Notes: generated by a model from the sequence alone, not told the origin. DNA of 64,000 nucleotides from Sphaerodactylus townsendi (GCF_021028975.2 NC_059433.1:34410001-34474000); one strand, 5' to 3'. Shown: positions 13,699-26,772, numbered from the stretch's first letter. Program-made: numbers and translations.

Positions 13699-15915
13699 GC
13701 TGAACTGCTGAACTGCTCAGTGGAAAATAAACTCCCTGATCATGACTAACAATGTAAGCTCAACTGTCCTGGGTAGGTTCAAACATACCCATCATGCAAC
13801 CACGAATTTGTCCTCACATCGCGCTGACTCATATTTGTAAAAGGCTAGAGCCATTCCGGTTAGGGTGAATGTTCGCCCTTTGCAATGTCAGGGTTGTAAC
13901 AACAAGTGAAATAAGTCAATACTATTTGGGGTTTGTGATTCTTATGCAAAGGAAAGGACATTTAAACTATGTATTCTCAAGTGTGGAGTGATTAATTAGA
14001 CTCAGAAAAAGAGTTTCACACCCTGCAGTCTATCTGAATGGACATTTACAGGAGACTCAAAACTGACTTAGTAGCAATTAACTAACATTATGGAGGCTAA
14101 ATGTGAATTTCTCAGTCCTGCAGTGTTAATCCCAAAATGTCTATTTCAATTTTACTTCCTTCTTGTGTGAATTGAACTTGAGATTCTTTATTTTGCTTCC
14201 TTATACTCTATTGCCACAGACACCCTTTAATGAAGACATAACATTCTGGGCTTAACTAGTTCATTTATTTAAATTGATCTGCATCACAATTAAATATATT
14301 AACATTTTCAAATGGGTGAGCTGTGCTAGGCAGTCATCCCATGGCAGTTAAAAACATATAAATGACACCAGAAGAAGGGTCTAAACAATTATTAGGGGTA
14401 TTCCAGATGAAACAAAAAAAGTTTTCACCTGCTGGCAAACAACACCAATGGAGACAGATGTTGCCAGTTCCTCTTTCACTTGCACGCTTCTCCCTTCCAG
14501 CCTGAATGTATGTACTGCATATATGACACTATGAAGAAGTCCCATGAGGCACATAGAAAGCATGGGGAACAACTGTCCTGTTTTGTGGCTCACAGAACAG
14601 CGGCTTACAGCAGTGAACGCAGCACAGGATTTAAAGACAACAATCCCGAAGTGTCCATTAGGAAAAATCAGGAGGTGTCCACTAGGAATGTGAGAAAAAT
14701 GAATATTTGTTTGGCTTTGGGTATATTGGACCCAGCTTTCACACCAGATGTCTGAATTTTTTGGGTCCATTATCCTTTATGGGGAAAATTTCAGGTGACA
14801 GGGGAGGGGGTATGTTTTTAAAGGCACAGACATCAAAACTGCATTGAACTGCATTCAGTCAGCCTCTGGGGATGACGGAAATGAGCAGGCAGGTTTGGAT
14901 GGGAGAAAGAGGGCTTTCAGTTATATTGGTTCCATGCTGTGGAGCACCTTGAATTGTGCCAAAAAGCAAATTCGAAGCCAGGGTATGTGGAACAAGGTTG
15001 GAGTGAGATCATTCCTCTGACCCACTTTAGTCAACACTCTGATGAAACATTCTATACCAACTGTACCTTTTGGCCTTTAAGGGCAGACCTACACAAAAAA
15101 CATTGCAGTAATCTAATCTAGATGTTTCCAGGTCATGTACCTGAGTGCCAAGGTCTTTTCTGTCTTCTTTGGCTCACCAACCAAATCTGCTGAACCCCTG
15201 GATACTGCTGCCACCTATTTATCTAACAGGAGACCTGAATCCAGGAGCACCCCCAAGCAATTAACCTGATCTTGGGAAGAGTGCAACTCCATCTAGGAGA
15301 AAATCCATTTCCCAGGTCATACCTTCCCTGCCACCAGTAGCACCTCTATTTTATTGGGATTTCATAGGTTAAATAGCCCTAGAACTACTGTCATCACATA
15401 TAATTTATTCATATTTGGGAACACAGAATAGTCTTCCTTTACCAGGGAACATTTCAAGCTAGTTGAGTAGTGCTGGTAGCTGAGATGAATTGCTGGCAGC
15501 CAGATGCAGTTGTGTGGTGGGAACCTATAAAAACTCCATATAGAACAGCGGGGAATAAATGATCTAAATAAATGCATATGTCTCATTAGGATTATGATCT
15601 CATTTACACAATTGCTTGTTAAAAATCAACATATATTTGTGAAAAGGGTGGTTAAGAGCACAGTCATTCAGATAGTCTACCCAATCCTTCATCTAATCAA
15701 AAGGGGGGGGGGGTGAGTTTGACTAGTCAACACATGCATTTATCCTTCATCACATATCATGCTCTGGCTGTCCTATAGAAATTCTTTGTAACTGGGTTTT
15801 CCTGTGCAGACAAGGCAATCTATTTGAAAAATGATTGTTGTAGTGCAGTGGTCATGTAATATCCAAAAAGCATGGGTGCAGTCTTTATTCAGGTGAAAGA
15901 AAGCACATTTCTAGT

Positions 15916-16650
15916 CAGGGGCATATCTACAGGAAATGGTGCCTGAGGCAAACCCTGAAACTTCACCTCCCAAATATCCCAGCTTTGCAAGGGGGGTGCC
16001 AACAGGGTGCCTATGAAAAGGGGGAGAGTTCTCCCCATCTCCGTTGGCACCCCCTCCCCATTTGTACAACTAGATCCAGGTTTTGCAAAGGAGTTGGGAA
16101 GGCCAGTAAGGTGAAGATGGGGAGAGTTCTCCCTATCACCATAGGCACCCCACACTTGTAAAGCTTTGCAAAGGGTGGGGGAGGGATGGGAGGGAGGGAA
16201 GGAAGGAATGGGGCTGCAAGTCTGCCTGGTCATGCTTGACAATCTTGCTTGGGAGGGAAGGAAGGAAACAAACAGGACTTGTAGCCTTGCTCGCCCACTC
16301 CCAAGCCTTGAAACAGGTGGGTAGGCAGTGCTGGAAGGAGCCAGCGCAAGGGAGGGGTCCACTCCCCAGTCCCCCACCCAGCAGTTAAGCACCCCAGCTT
16401 GCTGCTCTGCCTGCTATAAATCTCACTTGTTCAGCTAGTCCCCAGTGGCACATTTCTGAGCCCAGGGAAGAGGTGCAAGGCAGAAGCCCAAGGTGGTGGG
16501 AGGCGAAAGCTGGCAGGGGGGACATGAGGAGAAGGTGGTAGCCAGCACAATGCCCCAGTTCCTCGCTCCTTAGGAGAGGCAAGGGGCTGGCAGCTGAACT
16601 CACCCCTCCACGTGAATCATGACCCTCCTGCCCCCTTCCCTTCACCAGTG
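15916..16650. mobile_element. hAT-type non-autonomous element, left portion
   Basis: Begins CAGGGGCATATCTACAGGAAATGGTGCCTGAGGCAAACCCTG, similar to the termini at 32955, 51856 and 57126. Right end not found. Confidence 0.55.
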
Positions 16651-17984
16651 TTTCTTGTACCTGGTAGCAGGTTTGAACAGACCATCTTGTGAGCAGATAA
16701 TGCTATGGAGTAATGCGAGAAGTAGGGCTCTTATTTGAAGTACTGGCAAAGCAAATGGGATGTTTATGGATAACAAAATATTGTTCCTTATTTTAGAAAC
16801 CTACTTCTATAAAACAAAATAGAACGTACTTGGGTGGATGGCCTTGTCTGTTGGAGTGTTTCTTCAAAAAGCACAACTAGTTCAGATGGCAGAATATGCA
16901 CAGTCAGAGAAGCTGTGGATCTGGGATATCATGCTAGAGAAGTGATGTCGTGTTTCCCCCTAGTGCAGATGTCCTCTAAATGGTACCCGTATACATATGG
17001 GATTCTTTTTCAGTGAAGAAAATGGAACTCCCAGGAGGGTAGGTTTTCATTGAGAAAACAATGGAAGAACTGGTTAACCCTCTCCTATATACTATTAGTA
17101 TTTTAAAAATCCAATCATGAAAAATCTGCAGCTTCTTCGAGTTTGATCCTGAGATTGTGACCTCAGTTTTGAAATATGTGCTTTTTATTATCCAAATTTA
17201 TTTGCAATAGAAAGTCAGTTAATTGATATGAATCCTGCAAGGATTGTATTCATAGGTGATAAACCTATCATTTTACACTGTACTGAAAAAGAAAAAAAAG
17301 AGATTGTAAAACCACTGACAGATTTAGCATTTTGATATGAAGAAATTAACCCAGGTATTGCAGAAGAGTTTTTATTGTGTTTTGTTAATCCAGCTATTCT
17401 AATTGATATTTAATCAGCAGTAAAATGTATTAATAGACCCAATTTCAAGGAATGGGGGGTGGGGGAAGGCTGAAATGAACAATTCTTCTTTCCAGGGAAA
17501 TCAAAAAGTTTTTTTTAATAGCATACAATGTGAATTCGAAGCTTTTGACAGAACTGATAATGTCTGAGGCCTTTTGAAAATTCATTATTTTGACATCTGT
17601 TTCACATGAATCCAGCTGGAAGAAAGTGGGTGACCGTTTGTCTCGTTTCCCCCCTTCACAGCTTTTTTTTCTCTTTACATAGTTGATATTATAGTTCTTC
17701 TACAAGCAGGGACCCGCAAGAAACTTGCTTGGAGGGTTCATCCCTTCCCCCACTCCCCCCCCCCCGCTTTCTTCCTTCTCTCCCTGGAGATCAGTTGTAA
17801 CAGCGAGAGATCTCCAGCTACCACATGAAGGTTGGCACGCTTAGAAATAGATATCTCATTGATTTAAGATTTTTCTGTTTCGACTGAAGATAAAAATAGT
17901 GATGGGCATTTTGGGTTAAGGATTAGCACACAAGGTATCATTGCCCCAAGTTAACTGATTTACATTTTTCAACATGGCAACTGC

Positions 17985-19255
17985 CATTCATTGTAGAGGC
18001 TTCTGTGTAGTCCCATGTGGGACTGCACTTAAGCAGGCCAGCCACAGAGCTTTGTTAGTTAGCATTTTAAGATCTTTTTGTCATTAGTTGAGTGCTCTCC
18101 TCTTCCAGTCACATTCCTGAGCTAGCTGCCTTCCTGCCCAGCATCATGTGACCTGAGAGGGGTGGTGGTTCACCCATTCACTCCAGATCTCGCTTTGCTA
18201 CCACATGTAGCAGAGGTGCTTTTGCTTACTGTTAGCAATGCTTGGTCATGGCCTGGAAAGATTGTTTTGGACAACTTTTTTGGGGTAGTTTGTTGTAGTT
18301 TTTCCCCCTATTAGTTCCTATATCAGTTAGGGTAGCTTGTTTGTTTTGTTTTGTTTTTTGGGTTTAGAGATAATTTTTGTCACCATCTCAGATTGAGGTA
18401 AAATCGCACACTCTAAATCTGTTCAGAGAGAGAGAGAGAGAGAGAGAGTTGTCTGCCTCGGCAAGGGCCATGTACAGTCTTTGCGCAAGGCCTGTTCATG
18501 CTTCTCTAGTATGGTGCATAAGCAGTGGGGGGCTCAGCTTAAGGTTGCATTGTGTGCCACGTCTCTGCAACCCAAGGCTGTGGATGCTGGAACATCCAGG
18601 GATGCCCAGCCTGCTTCCTCTGCCAGGGACCATCCTCTGCCAGGGACCAGTCCCTGAGGCAGGTCTCAGTCAGTGACAAAGGGCAGGGAAACTGCACCCA
18701 GGACATGAACTGCCCACGTGCGCCCTCCCTGCCCCAACACGCCCCACCCCTGAAAACATCCCCCAAATGCCTCTGACACACCCCCAGCCTTGCCTCCCCA
18801 TGTGATGCAATGGTGCCACCCAGGACAAGCCACCCCAAATGTCCCCATTGCAACTACACGCCTGATCTCAGTACCTCCTAAGAAAGCTAAAAGGAAGATG
18901 AAGCACCTGGCACCAGCTTCCTTGGAAAGCACCTCACCCCTTATTAAAGGGTATTGCTCTCCCCCTAAATGCCCCAGCTCACTGGGGGACAGTCTTATAC
19001 CCTCTAGTTTACATGGAGAAAAAGTCCCTTTGTCATCTAGAAAGTCACCACCTCTCAGGAGGGGATTGGCTTCAGCATGTATTTGGTTGTACTCTCCCGA
19101 GCGGAACTAGCCAGCATGATCCCAGAGAGGCTGCAACCCTGAGTAGTGGCCCCAGCACTTTCCAACTGAAGTGGCATGTGCAACCTCCTACCCCAGTGCA
19201 GGGAATGATAATAGACCATAGAGAGGTAGAGAGAATCATGAGAAGGAACCAATTC
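17985..19255 (+). mobile_element. DIRS-like retrotransposon 5' end and decayed ORF1 (gag-like)
   Basis: DIRS-type terminal motif TTCTGTGTAGTCCCATGTGGGACTGCAC...CAGGCCAGCCAC, a T-rich leader, then a decayed Pro/Lys-rich frame (VPPKKAKRKMKH). Confidence 0.55.
18425..18448. repeat. (AG)n microsatellite
   Basis: Pure AG run. Confidence 0.95.
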
Positions 19256-20100
19256 TCACCATGAAAGGCAGATATAGCTGCCAAATGTACCTTGACAAAA
19301 AAGTTGGCTAAACCAGAGGTCTTCAGTGACAACAAATAGTAAAAAAAAATGATGTCAGTATGACAGCAGTCGGGAATCTTTAGATTCAGTCCATGCAGTA
19401 AATCTAGCCCACTTGGCTGAATAGGACCTCTGAGTTGAGGGCTTCTTAAAAGCAATCAATATATCCAAAACCCATCTGGCCAATGTGTCAGGATGTGAGG
19501 CACTAGGCTGTCAGATGCAGGGAGGCTACATCATGAGGGCAAACCTAGTTGATGCTTAAGAGGTCTGCTGCCAGAGACAAGTGTCCCCAGTATTGCACCA
19601 GGGGTGGGGGAGACAAATGATGGTGTTTCCCCTTGGACAAGTTCCAGAGGGGACTGAACCAGGGTCTCCTGGGTGAAAATGGGGCAATCAGGATAAGGCA
19701 AGCCTTGTCTGACTTGGCTTTGGCAATCACTTTGAGTATCAGTAGTAAGGGTAGAAAGGCATACATCAGGGGTCCAGAGCAACTGATCTAAAATGCATCC
19801 CCTAGGGAGTGCAGACCCACCCCAGGAGGGCCAGGATCTCCAATATCATGCAAACTGCACCTGGTCCATGGTGAGGCAGGGTGGGGTGGAAGTGCCTCAT
19901 CCCACCCATGCCTAAAAATGGAGGAGACAGGAGGAAGCTGGTTGGCCAATCACAGTTGTTCAGCCCTGGGGAAATGTGGTGAGGTTGTGAAAACAGTACA
20001 GTCAGCACAGCATCATCTCCTCTAGCTACAGTGCAATTATGTGTGCAGTAGAATCTCATGCACTTTTGAAGCATTCTAGGCAAAGCAAAGAGAGGCAAAG
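19256..20100 (-). mobile_element. DIRS1-type retrotransposon: methyltransferase-like domain and tyrosine recombinase N-terminus (decayed)
   Basis: Translations LFA..KCMRFY, then DAF*ISCSGPLMYAFLPLLLILKVIAKAKSDKACLILIAPFSPRRPWFSPL, then YLLSLKTSGLANFFVKVHLAAISAFH match recalled DIRS1 motifs (YAFPP...LIAPxWPRRPWF; KVHLAAISAFH). An unrelated insert occupies ~19810-20040. Confidence 0.85.
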
Positions 20101-21151
20101 CAAAAGAAGAGGGTGGTATTACAGATAGGCACCTAGCAAGACCTCTCTTCTGTCACCATCATCATCTGTATAACCTTTTTTTTTTGCAAATTTGAATAGA
20201 ACTGCTGTAATTTAGTTCGGTTTTCTGCTTTGTTGTGGGTGGGTGGGGGTTGCCTGCCACATGTATCATTTAGCACTTTCCAAAATGATTGTAATATCTT
20301 TTGTTATGTAAATCTTTTTAATATTTGTTCCATTAATGATTAAATCCTTTGAGGGAGAGGAAATGCATGGGAAAACCTCAAGCTGATTGCAAACCCAGCA
20401 TTTCAAAACTGTACAATGAATCCCTTCCCATCCTGTAGCCAGCAGCTGTTATTGGTGGGTCATTCTGAGTACAGCTAGTTATCCCAGCCTGCCTTCCAGT
20501 CACCTGCATAACAAAGGAGGATCAGCTAGCAGAGGTTCAGGTTAGAAAAGGTTAGAATCTGACTGTTCAAAGATTTCTAAAAATGCAGTGAAGCTAACAC
20601 TCCTTTCTCAAAAGAACCTAGGAAAATCAAATAATCATGGGATAAGGTTCAGGTGGAACAATACAATATTTGGCGATGTCAACAGATTATTTCAAGGAGA
20701 AAAAATTCCAAGCTGACAGTCTTCTAAGCACTGCAGATTCCAACTGTTGAATGGATCTCTTCCCTTCCTGCAACCTTAATATCATTTTACCTCCCAATTT
20801 ACAACACAATAGAGATCGATTTAATCTGAGTCATCAGCCTAACAAAAGAATGACCGGTCTGCACATGCACAGTTAAGGGCGGGAAAGGCAAAAATCCCAA
20901 GACCAGTATCAGTACTGATGTCTATTTTTTTTTGTGTTGAAATGTATTTGCATGTTCACGGATAAATTACCCCTTACCTTTAAGAATCCCACTCAAATAT
21001 TTTCTGTTTCCTCCTGGGATTTAAGTACAGATAAATTCAAGTGTTTATTATACCTGCTAATGCAGGCTTTCCTCAAAAAAGGCAAAATGCTTGTAGCCCA
21101 GACCCCCCCCCCCACCTTTTCACTCAGCATGGTGGTAGAAACTGCCATCAA

Positions 21152-21480
21152 GTCCTAGCAGATTCATAATGATCCTATAGGGTTTTCAAGGTGACGAACA
21201 GAAGAGGTTTGCCATTGCCTGCCTCTGCTCTATGACTCTGGCCTTCTTTGGTGGTCTGCTCTCCAAGTACTAACCAGGGCCTATATTGAGTAATTCTAAG
21301 ATTAGTGGTGTGTGAGTGAACCTTTGGCACTCCAGATGCTAGATCATACCTTATCAGGCCCCGCCATGGTCAATTGGCAATGCTGGCAGGGGCTGATGGG
21401 AATTGTAGTCCATAACATCTGGAGTGCCAAAGGTTCTCCACCACAGCTCTAAGATCTGTGCCATCCAAAGTAGGGTTCTC
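21152..21480 (-). mobile_element. 5S rRNA-headed SINE with BovB-like tail (5S-Sauria type), interrupted by a MITE
   Basis: GGTGGTCTGCTCTCCAAGTACTAACCAGGGCC resembles antisense 5S rRNA. GGTTTGCCATTGCCT is the antisense BovB/Sauria tail motif. Confidence 0.75.
21303..21447. mobile_element. hAT MITE nested in the 5S-SINE
   Basis: TIR arms GAACCTTTGGCACTCCAGATG and CATCTGGAGTGCCAAAGGTTC. TCTAAGAT is duplicated at 21295-21302 and 21448-21455. Confidence 0.85.
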
Positions 21481-24400
21481 TGTGAGCATAGCCTGTGCAA
21501 AACATATGTCATCAGCCTATCTGGTTCTGTTGATTGACTGATTGAGTGTCAGACTCAGGGAGAAACAACTATGAGGCAATTCTTTTTTCTCCTGTGTTTA
21601 GTTAACCAGAATTCTTCCTGAAATTTTAAAGCATAACATAAATGCAGGTCATTTCCCTCCCAACCTTGGTCAAGCGTCTTTTCTTCAGGACAAAGACATA
21701 CATCTCAAGGGCTCAAACAGTTCTCTCCACTTATGGCAGCTTGCTGTGCCAAAGTTTGAGAACTCCCTGATGCAGATGATTAACATAATCCCTCTAAATG
21801 CTGACAAATCTGTCACACTGTTTGCTTTAGCTGCTGAATTCTAATTGTGACATGTGAACAGCTCGATAAATAGAGCCATGAATATTCAACTGTGTTTCTT
21901 TGTTATCACATAATATTTTATTGCCACAGCACATCATGTAGTTAAATTCAAATTTTAGCCCCCACAGTTTTATATCCCATCATTGGTTAGCTGGCCCTGG
22001 GAAGTTAACAGGGGAAAATGGAATTCCATTACATCTTCATTAACTTTAGGCTCTAGGTGATAAATAAAGCTTTCTATGCCCAGTGTAACTATGGCCCTAT
22101 GTGATGTTCATGGTGTGAATAAAAGTGGGAAAGAAAGCCCCTTGTCTATATTATTTTAATCCCTTTCATACTTATGGATCTGCAAGAAAAGCAGTTTTTT
22201 CAGACCTGTTCCAAATCCCTTAGACTTCCTCACCTGTGATGTAATATGCCCCAAACAGTGCTACCCTAAGCAGAGTAGACCCTTATAAGACTTCCATAAA
22301 CATAGGTGTCATTCAATTTAGGATACTGCTTCAATTCTAGGATACAGTGTGAGATGAAGACTGGATAAAGGCATGAAGGTGCATGACCAAAGCAACCTCC
22401 AAATATGGAATATGTTTTCTAACTGGTATGTTTCTATCTTAAAAAACTGAAAACATACTGTGGCTTAAGCTATTTGCAGGATAGCAATGAGATGTTTATT
22501 GCCATGAATGACATAAGCTAAAATTCCAGTTCTTTAATTACATTCTTCTTAATGCTGATGAAAATGCTAGTGTATGGATATAATTCTGCATTGTTAATGA
22601 GGAAATAGTGACAATTTAGGTACCCTGTCAACATTAATCATGGATTGCTTTTTACCTGTCCTCTTGACTGCTGCTCTGTTTTGTTATTACTGCAATTATA
22701 TCTCTTGCTCAGTTTCCTCAAGAATTCTCTCTCTCTCTCTCTTTGAGCATTTGTGAATTACAATTTTTCTCCTTTCTCATTGTCTGGGGATGCTTAGCTG
22801 TTCCTGTCAGTGAAAACTTGGTAAAAAGGTGGAATCCACACTTGTATGCATATATTAATATATACTTTACCATCATATCATCTTATATGCTAACATTCTA
22901 ATTGTGGTTAGCCAAATCTTTGGATACTTATGTGAGACTGCAGTCCCAAAATAAAGCGACCTGTAGTTTTTCTTTAAAAAACATAAGACCACTCACATAT
23001 CTCACATATTTGTTGTGAGGATAAAAAAGATTTCCTACCATGCACCACACAAATAGCCCTATTTTTCCTAGTAGACACTGCTGGCAGAGAGAGGGAAATC
23101 TGAAGATGGAGGGCAGATAAATGTACATTGGCTGTTAGATGGGAAGGAAAGAAGGAATCAGAAAAACAGGAGATGCTTTGGGGGCTTTTAAGAAAGGGAA
23201 AGAAGAACTAGTGATGGGGCAAGATAAAATTAAGTTTTTGTGGGGCTCTGCTTGTATTAATATATAATGCTTAATGTTTCTAATGTTGCAGTGCAACTTT
23301 TGAGATTCATTTCTTGTCCCCTCATCCACACACACACACACTTAAGATGGTTGTGGGATCTGCTAAAAAACCTTTATTGGAATATACAGCTTAATGAAAT
23401 AAGAAAGACTTAATTAAATAAAAAAACTCAAATTGTTTTATTTGTATTGTTTGGGGAAATGAAAGATTTAATTTTGAACAGAGGATTCAGAAAATAAACT
23501 TTCCAAAATAAGAGGAATGAGGAAACTTAGGACGTTTATACACAATAAATATAGTGTTAGGATATATTTCACAGACACATGTTGATACTTTTAATATGAT
23601 CTCAGATAGATTTCACTTGGCGGTCACTGTTTAGTTAAATTTTTTTAAAGCTTCTTGAAACAACAGATTCTTGCTCTGGCCAATCGGCTTCTCTTGTTGC
23701 TCGGGTGGGGTAAGACAGGTACCACCTTCTGCCTTACCTAGTGCTTAGGCATGCTGAGTATTACCATCTTCCTCATTTTTCACAGGTTTTCATTGGACCA
23801 GGTTCTACTATTCCTTGTCTCATTTTGCACAGGTCTCAGCCAGGTGCTGCGATCTGCCTCATCTCACTTTACATAGGCTGAGGGCCACCATTTGCCTCAT
23901 ATTGCCTTCCTGTGGACTTGACAGAAGACCTGCCATGGCTCCTCCCTTTGTCTGGTGCCTCTGCTGAGTCACCACAGCTCCTATCCACCCCCTCCCATTA
24001 TTGATGTCACACCAGGCCCACCAGGTCTCCCCCTGTCCCTTGCCTCTGCCCATGCCAGGACCACTGCATCTCCCAGCCACCCCCACCATGCCCAGTGATG
24101 CTGCTGTACCCAGTGCAGCTCAACCTCTAATGCTGATTCTACTGAGATTGGCCCCAACCCCATCATCATCACCATTGCATACATCATCAGGGCCATCAAC
24201 AAACAACGAGGCAGAGGAAGAAGAAGGTCAGAGTCTATGTATTTTTTAAAAAAAATTTCTGGAAACCTAGGGAGTCCCCTAAATTTAGGGAACTATCGTT
24301 TTTAATCACAGCGGGCTGGATTTGAATATTTAAGTATCTGCATATGAGCCCACTTTTGGCTATTAGAATATAAGGTGTTATATACTATTTATCTTCCCTT

Positions 24401-25938
24401 GTATTGTAGATACTGAAAGTACAAATGTGGAGCTGGCTGCATTGACAGAGAGAGCTCTCCATGGTGCTGAAAACATCTAGGCGGTCTTAAACTAGTTTTC
24501 ACTTATATAAAACAACAGCAGCAGCATAACCTTTTTTAAAATTAGGGCCTACCAAATTGTCCTGAAATAGTGAGCAAGCTTTCAAATGTCAGAAAATGAG
24601 TGCTATATAACATGGTAATTTTATGATATTAAATTTTACTATATTTTACTTTATTATATTAAAAAATTCTGCTGGTAATTTTTGTACCATGTGCCTAATT
24701 ATGTTTTCTCTCTCTTTCATTTTTTCATTGTTTCATTTAAAAAAATATACATAATTTTTTGCACCTTTTCAGCCACATCTTTCAGTTTTGTCAGTTCATT
24801 TCTACCTTTTCTCCCACCATTTTACTAATGCATAGTGATACAACTTCATCTTGATCTGATGGTATTCATAGTTGTTATCAAGATTCTTTTTGTATGGCAT
24901 TTTACCAATGCACAAGAATGTATATGTAGCAACCTGAATGAACTTTGATGTAATCATATGAATGATCACATCAAGTTTGCTTTTTTATATCAGAGCACAT
25001 GTTTTATCAATGCATGTTTAATCAGTGACAATGTAATCATATGAAAATGGAAATCAGAAAATATGCAGCAAGTGGTTTATGCTTGATTACTGGCACTAAT
25101 TTTAGAAATTGTCCTAAAGTAGAATTAAGAAGGGGTAAAATATAGTGGTGAATGAAATGCTTTAAAAATAAATGGGTGGAATACACACCATTCCAGACAG
25201 TTTCTTGTGATATTACAGTGCTCATGAGATTTGGATGGAGCAGTGTTACAGAAAGAAATAAGGGGACATGTAAGCGTTGTTGCTAAGAATTCTGCTTAGA
25301 CATCTAAGCATTTCTGCTAGATGTTATATTAGGCTAATTTTATCCCAGTACAACTGGTTTTAATAACTATAGTAGCAGCTGTAACTGTTCTGCCAAAGTT
25401 TTCAAGGATTCAGCCAGTATCTCTGATGGTGCAGGTGAGAGTATGACTAGAAAACTGCATATCAATTTAGGACATAAAATATTTTACAACATCATTAGTC
25501 ATTTTGTCACTTTAATAATCAGTATACTTCTCATGCTGAAATTGAGCAATTAGGATTTGGCAAACTCAACTAAAATTAATCTGTAGCACCCCCACACATT
25601 TGTTGTTGAGCTTTGTTTAGCATTAATGCAGATGCAGTGTTTCTCATCTGAGTGATTCTCACTCTACTCATCTTATGTCATGGTTGTCTGCATATTGCAC
25701 AAGGGAGACATGACTAAGAACTTGACAGCTCAACATAAAATCTCCATTCAGTCTCTACTACAATTTGATGCTTTCATGCAACTTGACGCTTACTGGTCAG
25801 AGGCAATTGATGTGAGAAATTATGTCACATACCCTACCTCACTCTCTTGGTGATTATGTATTCCATAGCATTACTAGGTCAAATTATTAGCAAAGTTCCC
25901 CTTCTATTAATGCTTTATCTTGCTATGCTACACTCCTT

Positions 25939-26772
25939 GGCTGTTTTTGCATGGTCAAAATATCCCAGGATGAGCACGGAAAATATCCCTGTGCAGCCAG
26001 GAATTCCGCACGGTTCCCGAAACTGCACAGGGTCTGCCCCAGAATTGCCCCACAATATTTACCTTAGCCCAAGATTTTTTTAAATTGCCAGTTTGCAGAT
26101 TCTTTTTAAAAGTCCCGGTGTGACCCTGCTTGTGCCCGAACCATGCAAAAAACCAATCAGGAGCAGGACCAGTTTATTTTTCCTGCCTAGCCGCCTGATC
26201 TCCCCACCTGATGTTCATTCAAGCTGCCACTCAAAAACAACAGCCAATCAGAATGTGGGACACTGGGCAAGCTCACAGGTAGCTGCCTGCCACTCAAAAG
26301 CAACAGCTGATCAAAACAATCACTTGGTCTATTTTTCTCAGTACAAGCTTTATTTTAAATCTATTAGCAGACCTATTCACTAGTTTTCTCCTTCTGACAG
26401 CAAAATCTTACTCTGAACCATTAAAAACACAAATCAATTTATTCTATTCCCACATACACAAAAACACCAATCAGGAGCAGACCAAGTTTATTTTCCCACC
26501 TATCCACCTGATCTCCCCACCTGATGTCTACTCAAACTGACACTCAAAAACAACAGCCAATCAGAACAATATTGTGGGCATGCTCAGACATGCTTCCAAA
26601 GCAAATAAAGAAGTCCGGCTCATACAGAATAAACTGGAGCATTTCCTACTGGTCCTAGATCTGCTCTTGGGCAGAAGCGGGAGCCATGTGTAGGCAGAAA
26701 CCAGGATAAAATAGCCCTGGTATATATGATCCCGATTGAACCCTGGTGTAATTGTGCTGTGCAAAAACGGCC
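25939..26772. mobile_element. Harbinger-type non-autonomous element
   Basis: TIRs GGCTGTTTTTGCA...TGCAAAAACGGCC and an internal ~100-bp duplication (~26152-26253 vs ~26466-26566). Related to 56602-58798. Confidence 0.75.

Noticed and set aside
17000-17145. Resemblance to bornavirus matrix protein (FSVKKMELP, ISIFKNPIMK vs recalled FLSVKEPLQLP, LSVYKDPIRK)
   Set aside because: The comparison is from memory, the motif spacing does not fit (about 20 vs about 37 residues), a frameshift is needed and the flanks do not match. Not assigned without a profile search.
21250-21300. 5S rRNA gene
   Set aside because: Partial, diverged and fused to a BovB-like tail, so it is a SINE head.
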